Below are positions 11,276 to 22,356 of a stretch of 64,000 nt of DNA, in pieces. Position numbers and translations under genes: made by a program. This stretch comes from Saccostrea cucullata (Eukaryota). Numbering within the stretch: the first letter of the stretch is position 1; every line of letters starts with the position of its first letter. Location of the stretch: the NCBI RefSeq assembly GCF_032062105.1, contig NW_026934771.1, positions 310,001-374,000 on the forward strand. Direction: 5' to 3'. The notes beneath the pieces are model-generated. The model had not been told where the DNA came from and did not search any database. It saw nothing but the letters and a program-made list of their open reading frames with translations.

Positions 11276-13316
11276 TAAGACATGAAAATTCTCAAGATCA
11301 CAGGGATAGTATACAAGCACAGTCACTTAGTAAAGAGATGAACGTAGCTGTAGCTAAAATGATGACAGACCACGATGCAGCTTTAATAAAGGCTATAAAG
11401 ACTGTACATTGGCTTGCCATTGAGAATTTACCACTGTCAAAATTTGAAAGTATGATGGATTTTCTTAAAGATGTAGGCACACCAAATCTCCATTTTTTAC
11501 AAGTTGGAAATCGAATTGATTATCAGTCGTACTATTCAGCTAATGAATTTCTACATGCAATTAGTGATGTGATAGAAGAGAAAACAACTGAAAACCTACA
11601 GAAGTCACCATTTGTAACAATATATGCAGATGAAAGTACAGACATTTGTAACAAGAAAAGAATGACAATGACAGCTAGGATAATTAACCCAGAAAATTCT
11701 AGAGCACAAACTGTATATTTGAGAGACATTGAGTATGAGAGTGGGACAGGGGAGGGATTGACTTCAGAGATAATTAAGGAGTTGAATTTACGACACATAT
11801 CGATATCAAAGGTCCTTGGTTTCGGATCAGATGGTGCATCAGTCATGACGGGGTTAGATAAAGGTGTAAGTGGAAGACTGAAAGAATTGAATCCTCACAT
11901 TTTAAACATTCATTGCATGGCACATAGATTAGCACTTTGCACTGCACAAGCAGCAGAAGGAATTCCTGCTCTGAAAAGATACCAAGAGTTTATGACAAAA
12001 TTATTCTATTATTTTAAAGTCTCAGCAGATAGGGAGAAGGAAGTTCACAAAGTTCAAGCTCTTTTGGATCATCCCATGCTGAAGTATAAAGAAATTCATG
12101 CTGTGCGCTGGCTCTCATTCTACGATGGATTGGAAACCATTTACAAAACTCTTGATCCTCTTTTAACTTACTAGTGCACAACCGAGAAGCCAAAAAAGAC
12201 CCTAAAGCCAAAGGACTCCTAAAGCAAATGGCCACAATGCAATTCATCTATATCACCTATCTAATGATGGATGTTCTTCCATGAGATTGTGTCTAACCTT
12301 TCAAAAGGATGACTTAGATGTTGCTCGTGCTAAGGTACATAATAAAATATTGTGCATTTTAATTTACAATATATACATGTATTACAAAAAAGCACAAATT
12401 GTAATTCTGTAAAATTTTATTTATAAATCCAACTTTTTACAAGACGTTTTAAAATTAGATTTCAGTTGACTCCTGTCTGAGTGAGCTGGAGGCTTTCAAA
12501 GAAGGAAAAACTTTCCACACTACATTTGTTGAGCAGTTTGCTTCAGATATTACAGAAGTTGATGACCATCCTGAATTCAAAGGACACAGAATTCAAAAAG
12601 TTCCTGGTGCAAATTTCCAGTCACTTAAGAGCCAATTTATAAATAGTTTGGTCTCAAATATTAGGAAAAGGTAATTTATTTGGTTATTCCACTCGAGTCA
12701 TAGACAATTACATACTGGTACACACTACTGTAATAGAAATAATTTTTTCTTCATTCTGTACATCAACAATAGACTAGACAGATAAGTTAGTCTTAAGAAA
12801 ACTTTCATTAATTGATTAATGTTATTGTTATTAAACAATACAAATTATTTGAAAAAAAATATCTTTGACTTCAGATTTCCACAGAAGTCCCTGATGGATG
12901 CCTTCTATGTTCTGTCCATGCGAGCCATTAATTTCAGTGATGTGGAGACATATGGTATTGAAGAAATAAATGAACTTCTTGACTACTACGGAACTTCAAA
13001 AGTAACTATTTCATTCTTCAAAATAATTTTATTTGTCAATAAAAAGATAATTTCAAATCAGTGGAAAAAAAATATGTTCATATAAATATACTTACTTCTA
13101 TTTAAATTGCAGTGTCACAAATCTGCCATCTCACAGCCGGTATTATGTGCAGAGAAAGTTAGAAATCAGTGGATGTTGGCCAAGCAGATTGTCAAGTCTG
13201 CAAGATACCCAACTGACCAGATGCAAGAATTATGGGAACTACTCACAAAACACCATAAAGAAGAATTGAATGAACTGATCAAGCTAGCACAGATTGCACT
13301 CACTTTGCCCCTGCAC

Positions 13317-14875
13317 ACTGCAAGTGAAGATCTGAGAGTCCTACCAGGTGTGGGTCAGGTCATAGCTGACCGTATATGGGAACTAAGAAAGCAAGGCCCC
13401 ATTGACTTGGAAACATTTGTGGGTATACCTAAACTAAGGGTCACACCAGAACTAGTTGAATGTGTAGATTTTCTACCACCATTGTGTATAGATCATAGCT
13501 ACGCCAAGCCCACAAGTGATGGTATGGAGGATTACTTCACAAAGTTCCAGGATTACGAGGATCATGGTGAAGTAAATACAGAGTATAAGACGAGTGACTG
13601 CACAGCAAAGCTGTCTACTCACCCTCAACACACAGCAACCCCTTTGTCGGAACCTAGGAGAACGCCATCATCAGGTGAAAGTAGCTGTGCATCGCACGCA
13701 TACAAGAGTGAATCGACACCGACGGGTACTCAGAAGCATTCTATACCTAACAATATGCGACCACATGGCAGTCACACTAATTACAGATCAGAAGAACAGG
13801 AAAATTCTTTGCATGACAATGAAGTGCAACGTCCAATTCCAGACCATATCAGGTTCCAGACACCTATGGTACAATGACACACATTGCCTTCACCTCAGTT
13901 GTCGCCAACTTTCGTACGACGTCGACCAACAGTCTCTGAGAGCCAGGGGCAACATGAATCAAAACCTGTGTATCTGCCCAAAGCCTTGCGGTATGATGGG
14001 ACCTCTAACTGGGAAGCCTTCTTTGTGAAATTCAGCAGATATGCAGATGTATCTCACTGGACAGCTACAGAGCGCAAAGATCAGTTATGTTGGTGTCTCG
14101 ATGGAAAAGCCAGCGAGTTTTACACCAGTATTGTGAACAGAGACTATGGCATAGACTATTTTGAGTTAGTTCGAAAACTAGAAAAGTGTTTTAACTTTGT
14201 GGATTTACCAGAAACTCTTCAAGTCCAGTTTATGGGAGCCCATCAGAACACAGGAGAAAAACTTGAAGATTGGGCTGACAGATTACTTTCCCTAGCAATG
14301 AAAGCTTTTCGTGACCTGCCAGAAGAACACGTATACTCGCAAGCTGTATGGAGATTCTGTCAGGGATGTTGTGATAAAGAGGCTGGTCAAAATGCTGCAA
14401 TGTCAAAACCAAAATCTATTGAGGACGCCATAGACAAGATCAAGTGGTACCAGCATACTACCAAAGCCATTTATGGTAAACCCATCAGATGCCGAGAATT
14501 TTCTGAAGATTCCGAGCACGAGATTGATTCTGTGAGAACAATTAACGCAGCAGTGAAAAGCGACAAGAATTTTTCTTCATCAGCACATCAATCAGATCAG
14601 CTAAAGTCTATGGAGGAACAAATCAAGATTCTTGTGGACAACATGCAAATGCTTCAAACTAAATTAAGCAGCATGGAGAATAAACAGAAAAGAAAACCAC
14701 AAAATACGGAGACCCGTACATGCTACAATTGTGACAAACCAGGGCACCTAGCAAGAGATTGCAGAAGCCTAAGAAGTTGAGGGCCCAGAATCAAAGCAGA
14801 AGTCAGAATACAAACGGGAGTTCACAGTCTGAGACGAGACCTTTAAACGAGGGTGGGCCGGGTCAACAGGCGTAA
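13317..14875 (+). pseudogene. Gypsy gag (N-terminal HhH motif, capsid-like region, CCHC knuckle), 5' truncated
   Basis: EDLRVLPGVGQVIADRI, YDGTSNWEAF and CYNCDKPGHLARDC. In-frame TGA at 13875 and an inferred 1-bp loss near 14765. Confidence 0.85.
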
Positions 14876-17800
14876 ATCCGACCCGAAATACTACAGAGCG
14901 CCTCAAGAAAAATTGTGCTTCAGAAGAAACGAGCCCTAAATCAATAAGACATACATCAAGGAAACGCAAGAAGCAAAGAAGACATAGAAGGAAAACATCA
15001 AATAGAAATCGTACTTCCTATTCTGAAGATAAAAGCGCAGATGTAGATAAAACAATGACCATCCTACAGTTGGGATCAGCTTCTATGTTGAGATTAAATG
15101 TAAAAGTGAACTCTACAGACATTACTGCAGTAATAGATACAGGAGCAGAAGTCACTATCATCTCAGATCGGGTGTATGAAAAGATGCAGATTAAACCACC
15201 TATTAAGAAACGCACTGTCATGCATGGTGCAGGGCGTGATATGAAAATGGATACATTCATCATTGGTCCAGTTGACATCAAGATAGGATCCAAAACATAC
15301 CCATCTGAAATATACGTAGCACCTATGGATGATGACATGCTCCTAGGCTTAGACTTCATGCAGGAAAACAATGTTATACTCGATTGCAGTAAGAACCAGT
15401 TCTCCATTAACTCTGAAGTTTTGCAGATGTCATATGGAAAGAGTCGGGAAGCTCCAACAGTTGCCAAAGTAACAGTGCCTGGTAAAACTGTAATTCCACC
15501 TAATTCAGCCATACATGTAAATGGTAAACTATCTCGACACATTGAGGGAAGCTACATTATAGAGCCTGAGGAAGATATTCCAGTTATGATGCCACGATGT
15601 GTATACTCTAAACAAAACTCACCTAGGCTATGTTTAGTAAATGCCAGTGACCGATACTTTACCATTCGAAAAGGCACGATAGTAGGAGAAGCGTTGTCAG
15701 CCGACCCAATGACTGTTGTTTCAGCATCGAAACCCCAAAGTGAACAACCATTACCGGAAATTCCAGAGCATTTGAGTTCCCTTTTCCAGAAATCTGCAAA
15801 CCTAGACCAAAGTCAGAGCAAATTATTGATGAATCCACTCAAGGAATATAAAGATATTTTTGCTGAGAATGATTTTGATCTTGGCACCTTTACAGAGATA
15901 GAACATTCGATAAACACTGGCTCTGCATCACCGATTAAGCAGAGGATGAAAATCATTTACGCACAATGCTGGACGCAGGTATAATTGAACCGTCAACCTC
16001 AGAGTGGGCGTCGCCGCCCGTACATGTGCGGAAAAGAGACGGCAAAGTTAGATGGTGTATAGATTACAGGAAACTTAACTCTGTAACAAAGAAAGATGTT
16101 TACCCTTTACCTCTAATTGAAGAGTGTATTGACACATTGTCTGGAAATGAGTGGTTTTCCAAACTTGATGCCAACTCAGCGTACTATCAGATAAAAGTCA
16201 AAGATTCGGACAAGGACAAAACAGCCTTCATAACAAAGTATGGGTTATTCCAGTTTACCCGGATGAGTTTTGGTCTTTGCAACGCTCCATCGACTTATGA
16301 TAGAGTCATGAACTTAGTCTTGCGCGGACTGACATGGAACATTGTGTTAGCCTTTCTGGATGACATCCTTGTGATGGGAAAATCATTTGAGGATCATCTG
16401 CGCAACCTGAAAATAGTCTTTGATAGATTTCGTCATTACGGTCTAAAGCTAAAAGCCAGGAAATGCCTTCTATTCCAGAAAGAAGTAGAATTCCTAGGCC
16501 AGAAAGTAAACAAAACAGGATTAGCTATAGGGGACGAGCACGTCGAAGCTGTGAAAGATTGGAAAACCCCAGCAACAACAAAAGAAATTGAGAAATTTCT
16601 GGGTTTTGCAAATTACCACAGAACATTCATCAAGGACTATGCCAAGATGGCAGCACCTCTTAATCGGCTTACAGGCAAGAAGCCGTATGTGTGGGGACCA
16701 GAGCAGCAAGACGCCTTTGACAGTTTGAAGTTGTCACTTATAACTACTCCAGTTCTAGCATTACCAAACTCTAAGGATTTATTCATCCTAGACACAGACG
16801 CGTCAGACTTTGCAATAGGTGCAGAACTCGTGCAGGTGCTGGAGGGTAAAGAGCGTGTTATTGCGTATGGCAGTTTTAGTCTCACCCCAGAGCAACAGCG
16901 CTATTGTACAACAAGAAAGGAGTTACTAGCAATTGTCCGTTTCACCAAACAATTCAATCATTATCTGTTGGGCAGAGAATTTGTGGTTAGGACTGACCAT
17001 AGCAGCCTTACCTGGCTCCTTAATTTTAAAAACCCACAAGGTCAGTTAGCCAGATGGCTGGGGTAAATTCACTGAAGATGTGGATGATGTCGTTCCCCTG
17101 GGTAGGACAGTAGAAACAACAGAATTACATGCTGCTTTATCCTGGTTATTTAACGAGAAGGGATACGATGACATGGAACTCGTTTGTCAAGAGTCAAGCT
17201 CAGACTTGCATCATACATCGTTGGAAATTTCCTTTACAGACCCAGATAAACCTACTCTCATTAGTATGGAGGAACAACAGTGTAATCAAGTCCGCACTGC
17301 TTCCCGTACTAGTGGGTTTGCAGGCATTGAATATTCACCCGAAGTCCTGAAAGAATTCCAGGAAAAAGATTCTGATCTTAGATTGATACTGCCTTATCTG
17401 GTGTCAAATGAAACCCCATCTGAAGATGAAATCTTTATAAGCAGCAAGGCAGCAAAGAAATACTGGGTTAATAAAGAGACGTTTTTCATTGATGGTGAGG
17501 GAATACTACGCAACAACCCAAAGAATGGTGGAGAACCAAGACTTGTGGTGCCAAAAACCTTGGTAGATGAAGTACTAGGACTATGTCATGACTTACCAGT
17601 TATGGGACATCAAGGTGTGTCAAGAACATATTTACGAGTGAAAGGGAAGTTCTATTGGTATAACATGAATCAGTCAACCAGAGATTTTGTAAGGACATGT
17701 GACATTTGCAGTAAACACAAAAAGGCCAACAGAAAAGCAAAGTGTCCCATGACAAAATACCAAGCTGGAGTACCAATGGAGAGAGTTCACCTTGATTTCT

Positions 17801-18640
17801 TGGGTCCTTTACCCGAATCTACCTCAGGCAACTCAAACATTTTAGTCATGGTGGACCAATTTACCAAATGGGTGGAATGTGTCCCATTACCATCACAAAC
17901 AGCTGAAGTCACAGCTAGAGCTGCTGTAAATGAATTTTTTGCTTGATTTGGTTTTCCCTTCAACATATTCACTGACCAGGGGAGAAACTTTGAGAGCAGG
18001 CTCTTCAAGACTATTTGTGATATACTTCAGATTCATAAGAGTAAGCATACCTGCTGACCTAGTTTTTCGACCACCTGAAACCATTGAATCCAGTGACCAT
18101 GAGGATTATGTGTCAAGATTACAAGAGTCTATAAGAACAGCTCATGAAGTGGCCAGAGATGCACTGAAAGCACATCAAGTCCATATGAAGAGAGATTATG
18201 ATGTTAAGATTCAAACCAGAGAATATGCTGTTGGTGATCTCATCTATGTGTTGGATAGCGCCAAAACTAAAGGTCGTTCTAAGAAACTAGATCCACCTTG
18301 GAAGGGACCTGGCATTGTTATTCAGAAAGTATCATCATATATCTACAAGGTCAAACTTCGAAATTCCGTGTTTATTACTAACCACGACAGATTGAAAAAG
18401 TGTTGTGACAGGAAAATACCTGACTGGCTACGCCAATGCCAGCATCGTCTGCGAAATGGAGAAAATATTCTCCAGTTGCAATCAATTGACACTTTTTGTA
18501 TATGTGACAAACCTGACGACGGACGTCTTATGATTCAGTGCGACTCCTGTGATACTTGGTATCACGGAGCATGTGTCGCAGTCACTGAAGAGTTAGCAGA
18601 TACCTTGAAGACGTATATATGTCCAAGGTGTCAAGTATAA
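14842..18640 (+). pseudogene. Gypsy pol: protease, RT, RNase H, integrase, C-terminal PHD finger
   Basis: IDTGA, WCIDYRKLN, FLDD, DTDASD, TDH, HHCC zinc motif, HLDFLGP and TDQGRNFE, ending in a Cys4-His-Cys3 PHD. Deletions at ~15950, ~17065 and ~18040, and a stop at 17944. Confidence 0.93.
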
Positions 18641-18696
18641 TATGTCTTGTACCTTTTACTAATGTTATGTTTGTGTTCAATTTTATTTTAGGTACA

Positions 18697-20184
18697 ATGG
18701 AAGAATCTGACAGAGAGTACATCACGGCAGATGAAGCCGACATCTCTGATTCTGATGAGTACCTCACAGATAATCACTGCCATCAAGAAACAGACGAAGA
18801 GTCGTCTGATGTTGAAGAGGGCCTACTACCCTTTAAGCGGTGACGGACATGTGATGTGCCGACACAGGAACTTTCACCAGATTCGAAACCTGCCAAGGAA
18901 CCGACCCAGGAGCTGGGACTGTCCACACAAAGACAGATACCTACTGAACGGGATAAACGATCAGCATGCCCTGTTCCTGGATGTCATTACCGCTCTAAGC
19001 ACCTCAAGCATCATGCTTGGGAGTATCATCTCCCTAGGTTGTTCTGGGATCGCCCCTGGAATTCTTTGGCAGCGCTGCCGGAATATCACACTTTGAGAGC
19101 ATCGTGTTTAAATGTGTTAGGTCAGTACGTCTTGGGACCAACTGCGACAATCGACGAGTTAGTGGTGCACGTCAATGAAGAAATCCCACTGCCCCGAGAA
19201 TACCCAATTATGGGTAGGACCTTTGTCCAGATGGGTCAGCTGACCCGTACGATGCGGTGGCCCTTCGTGAACCGCTTCACCATGAGTCCAGTAAACAGCC
19301 CAGTGGTATTACTTCACTGGAGAATCCTTCTGTCCCTAGTTTGTAACTTATTGGAGGAAAAGAGACGTGCGTTCAAGAGTTGGGGCAGAAAGGAGCTCGC
19401 TGAGCTCGAAGAAAGGGTCAGAACCAGAAGGTCACATGGAGTCGGAGCACCACAGGAGACCCACAGACGTGTTGAAGAACATGATGAGATCGAGTGGGAA
19501 GTTCTGGATGAATGCGGTAGTGAAGAAGATGTAGCAGATAAAGACAGCGATGGAGATAGCAGTAGTGAGAAAGAGGACACCCCTTATGAAGTTATTGTCC
19601 TCCAAGCAGGTTACGAGGAAGACTTCCCAAGCCTAGGAAAACGGAAAATGGGAAGTAGTATTACTCTATTAAAAGGATCGATGAACATCATAGTTGACAC
19701 GGGAAATCCTTCAGATAGACAATACTTACTGTCCCGCCTCAGTGAACAGGGTTTGGCAGTTGAGGACATAGAATGCTGTGTGACGACTCATGGTCACTTG
19801 GACCACATGGGAAACTTGAATGTTTTCCCTAATGCCTACCATGTTGCAGCTTCTCAGATGTGTGTTGGTGATCTACACCACTCCCATGACTTCAAGTTGT
19901 CATTCTGGATCAATGATCAAATAGAAGTCGTACACACACCAGGACATACCTCAGAAGACATCTCCATACTAGTCCATGCATCCCAGATGGGAACAGTAGC
20001 TGTCGTTGGTGATCTTTTCCACAGCATGGAAGACTTGGAAGATGCATCAATTTGGAGGAGGTTCAGTAGGAATGTGAACGACCAGGACAAGAATAGGAGA
20101 AAGATCCTTGATGTAGCAGAATACATTGTCCCCGGCCATGGTCCGATGTTTCGAGTTCCGGGACGAGAGCGAAACATTATATAA
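18697..20184 (+). CDS. Gypsy accessory ORF3: acidic N-terminus, C2H2-like/unknown domain and MBLAC1-like metallo-beta-lactamase-fold hydrolase (one in-frame stop at 18841)
   Basis: ATG 18697 follows a polypyrimidine-AG and is in frame with ORF 18856-20184. Motifs VDTG, THGHLDHMGN, TPGHT, VVGDLF and IVPGHG. It lies between integrase and the PPT. Confidence 0.85.
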
Positions 20185-21420
20185 ACTGTGCTGTTCTATA
20201 TTGTAATAGATAATTGAATCCTGATATTGTTCATTTTAGTTATAGTTGTAAGTATATGCAAGAGATGCGGCAGAATTCATTATGTTTAATAAGTGTTAGA
20301 ATTTCTGATGATTCTTTTGTATCATTCGTCATTCCTAAATTGTCATATAATTGTGCTATATTGATTTCATGTCGAAATTTTTTTTAGCCTGTGTATGTGT
20401 TATTATTGCATGTAGTTTGAGTGATTGGATGGAAGTGTAAGTCTCATTATCAATCATTTTTTTATAGTTATATTCATATTGTTGATATAATGGTAATATT
20501 TATCATTGAGATCTCATAGTGAATTTAGAAATAATTTGTATCTGGATTCAGCATGGTTTATTGTATGTGAACTCAGGTAAAATGATTTAGAGACTGTATG
20601 TTGTGAACATTATCTGAATTGTATGTAATACCACTGCTGATATTCAGTTTATCTGCTTCACTTTATCATAGAATCTTTAAGGATCACTGTTTATTTTCAC
20701 AATCATATAAGTGTTTGGTTGATATTTACATAAGGTACAGGAGTACCTTCTTTTTTCAAAAGGGAGGGGAGTGTAGTGTGATGTGAATGTGTAAGGGAAC
20801 GAATGTATATGGAACCGCTTGTAAGTGCGCATGTGTGACAGAGTTGTCGTCTGTTCGTCGGAGAGAAAACACATGGTTGACTGATTGAGAATATTCTTTG
20901 GTATATTTGTAAGTGTTATATGTGCTCCAGATTAAACATATATGAAAATTACCTCGGTCGTCAGTTAGTTTAATCTTGCATAGGTTATATAACACTTCAG
21001 TAGTAATACAAATTAGAAGTATTTAAAGGGAAAAGGAAAGATAAGGCTAGGGTACAGAGCACCGGTCTGTATTTAGCCAAGGAATTGAATTGAAGCACAA
21101 GGTGTAGTAATCCTGAGTAAGGGTGAGGCACCGAGTGCTCAGTTCAATAGAAACTTGGTTACGGAACCAGGTGCAAGGAACCCAGTCACAGTACCCAGTT
21201 ACAAAGAACTAACCTCGGCTTGTAGATCCCGGTGTTTAAATAAAAAAAAAATAATAAACAAGGACAAGTATCCCATGAAAATAATAAATAATCATACTTG
21301 TACATAATTTTAATTCCCAGTATTAATTATAGGCTCAGATAGAGCCAGAGGAAAAGTTTATATATATTGGACCCTGTATCTCCTGAAAACGGACCCTAAA
21401 TTTGGTTACACGTTACATTT

Positions 21421-21438
21421 TGGTGGCAGCGGTGGGAT
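21421..21438 (+). promoter_or_regulatory. Primer-binding site of element A (tRNA-Leu)
   Basis: TGGTGGCAGCGGTGGGAT, complement of the tRNA-Leu(AAG/TAG) 3' end, 3 nt after the LTR end at 21417. Confidence 0.85.
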
Positions 21439-21528
21439 GCCTAAATGGCACTCTGATTATCAGTTTGATTATACTGTATAGTAAATGTTCTTTGCTAAGT
21501 AAGCAATGTTTTTTTTAAATTTCAGATC

Positions 21529-22167
21529 ATGTCATTGACGAAAGTTACCCCCCGGAAACCCGGCGTTCTATGTCCCATTTGCCTTTCCCGACTCTCTTCA
21601 CAAGAGGAATGGAAAGAGCATCTTCTAGCATGTGCTACTGATGACATAAATAAACGAAAATTTGAGTGTAACCAGTGTGACAAAGCATTTGCTAAACATT
21701 TCCTTCTAAGGAGACACCAGAAGAGGTTACATTCAACTACTGGTTTGCAAGGTGGAGAAAAAAATGAACCATCGAACTCCAAATCCGTTGATAACCATGA
21801 TGATGATTCTGACTGGCAAGAAGACCCAGGAGATCTTATTTATGAGACAGGCCTTGAAGTTGGTAGAACCATCAGGAAGAAAACATCGCCCAGTCTCCCT
21901 GGAGTCAAGCGCAAAGCAGACGAACTTGTAGAAAAGATGCCTGACCAATCTGCAGACAAAGATTCAAGCATGGTGGATGATGGTAAGGATCATGAGGCGC
22001 CCATGGTTTTACATCACTGCCCCTGCTGTAGGGAACATGTTACTAGGTTGAATGCCAGCACTCAGACGGATACCAGTCGTCACCAGAAGACCGTCAGAGT
22101 TGTAAGAAAGTACCAAAAGGATGGTGAATGTGTGGAGAGCGTTGAGGAAGACATTTGGAATGACTAA
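21529..22167 (+). CDS. 212-aa zinc-finger protein, the only substantial sense ORF of LTR element A
   Basis: CPIC-x12-H-x3-C and CNQC-x12-H-x4-H fingers, followed by acidic/basic segments and a CPCC motif. Uninterrupted, and preceded by a tttcag acceptor-like site. Confidence 0.75.
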   Translation: MSLTKVTPRKPGVLCPICLSRLSSQEEWKEHLLACATDDINKRKFECNQCDKAFAKHFLLRRHQKRLHSTTGLQGGEKNEPSNSKSVDNHDDDSDWQEDPGDLIYETGLEVGRTIRKKTSPSLPGVKRKADELVEKMPDQSADKDSSMVDDGKDHEAPMVLHHCPCCREHVTRLNASTQTDTSRHQKTVRVVRKYQKDGECVESVEEDIWND

Positions 22168-22356
22168 TTATAGGGATGTACTTTGAAAAAGAAACAATGT
22201 ACATAAGTCTATTGTTGTAAATACTTGAATAATTGTGTAACTGGGTATAAGAAAGGAATTCTTAACCTCGTTTTGTCGATCTTTTCATTGTCTAAAAAAA
22301 AAAAAAAAACATAACTAATAAACATGTGGGACGCAAGTGTACAGAGGCATGGGTAG

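Larger units (their letters stand above)
8406..13325 (+). mobile_element. 3'-truncated hAT DNA transposon (ZNF862-like transposase pseudogene with introns)
   Basis: CAGGG 5' end and ATG at 10772. TTF-type zinc finger (WLKLWPW..MFCTIC), DESTD, FGSDGASVM, HCMAHRLAL, RWLS and LPLHTAS (start of the dimerisation motif). GT-AG introns at ~12335-12458, 12671-12874 and 13002-13112. Stops and frameshifts are present. Confidence 0.85.
7887..20999 (+). mobile_element. Gypsy/Ty3 LTR retrotransposon B (degenerate) with PHD-integrase and an extra MBL-fold ORF
   Basis: LTRs 7887-8110 and 20772-20999 (TG...CA) appear to differ only by a 4-bp indel. GTAG TSD at 7883-7886 and 21000-21003. PBS at 8112 and PPT aaaagggaggggag before 20772. 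Domain order is gag-PR-RT-RH-IN. Confidence 0.95.

Noticed and set aside
10772-13325. Domesticated ZNF862-like host gene
   Set aside because: It has stops, frameshifts, a MITE insertion and 3' truncation, and is nested in a retrotransposon.
19585-20184. Bacterial beta-lactamase, contamination or horizontal transfer
   Set aside because: The motif pattern follows animal MBLAC1, and it lies inside a TSD-bounded Gypsy element in intron-rich animal DNA.
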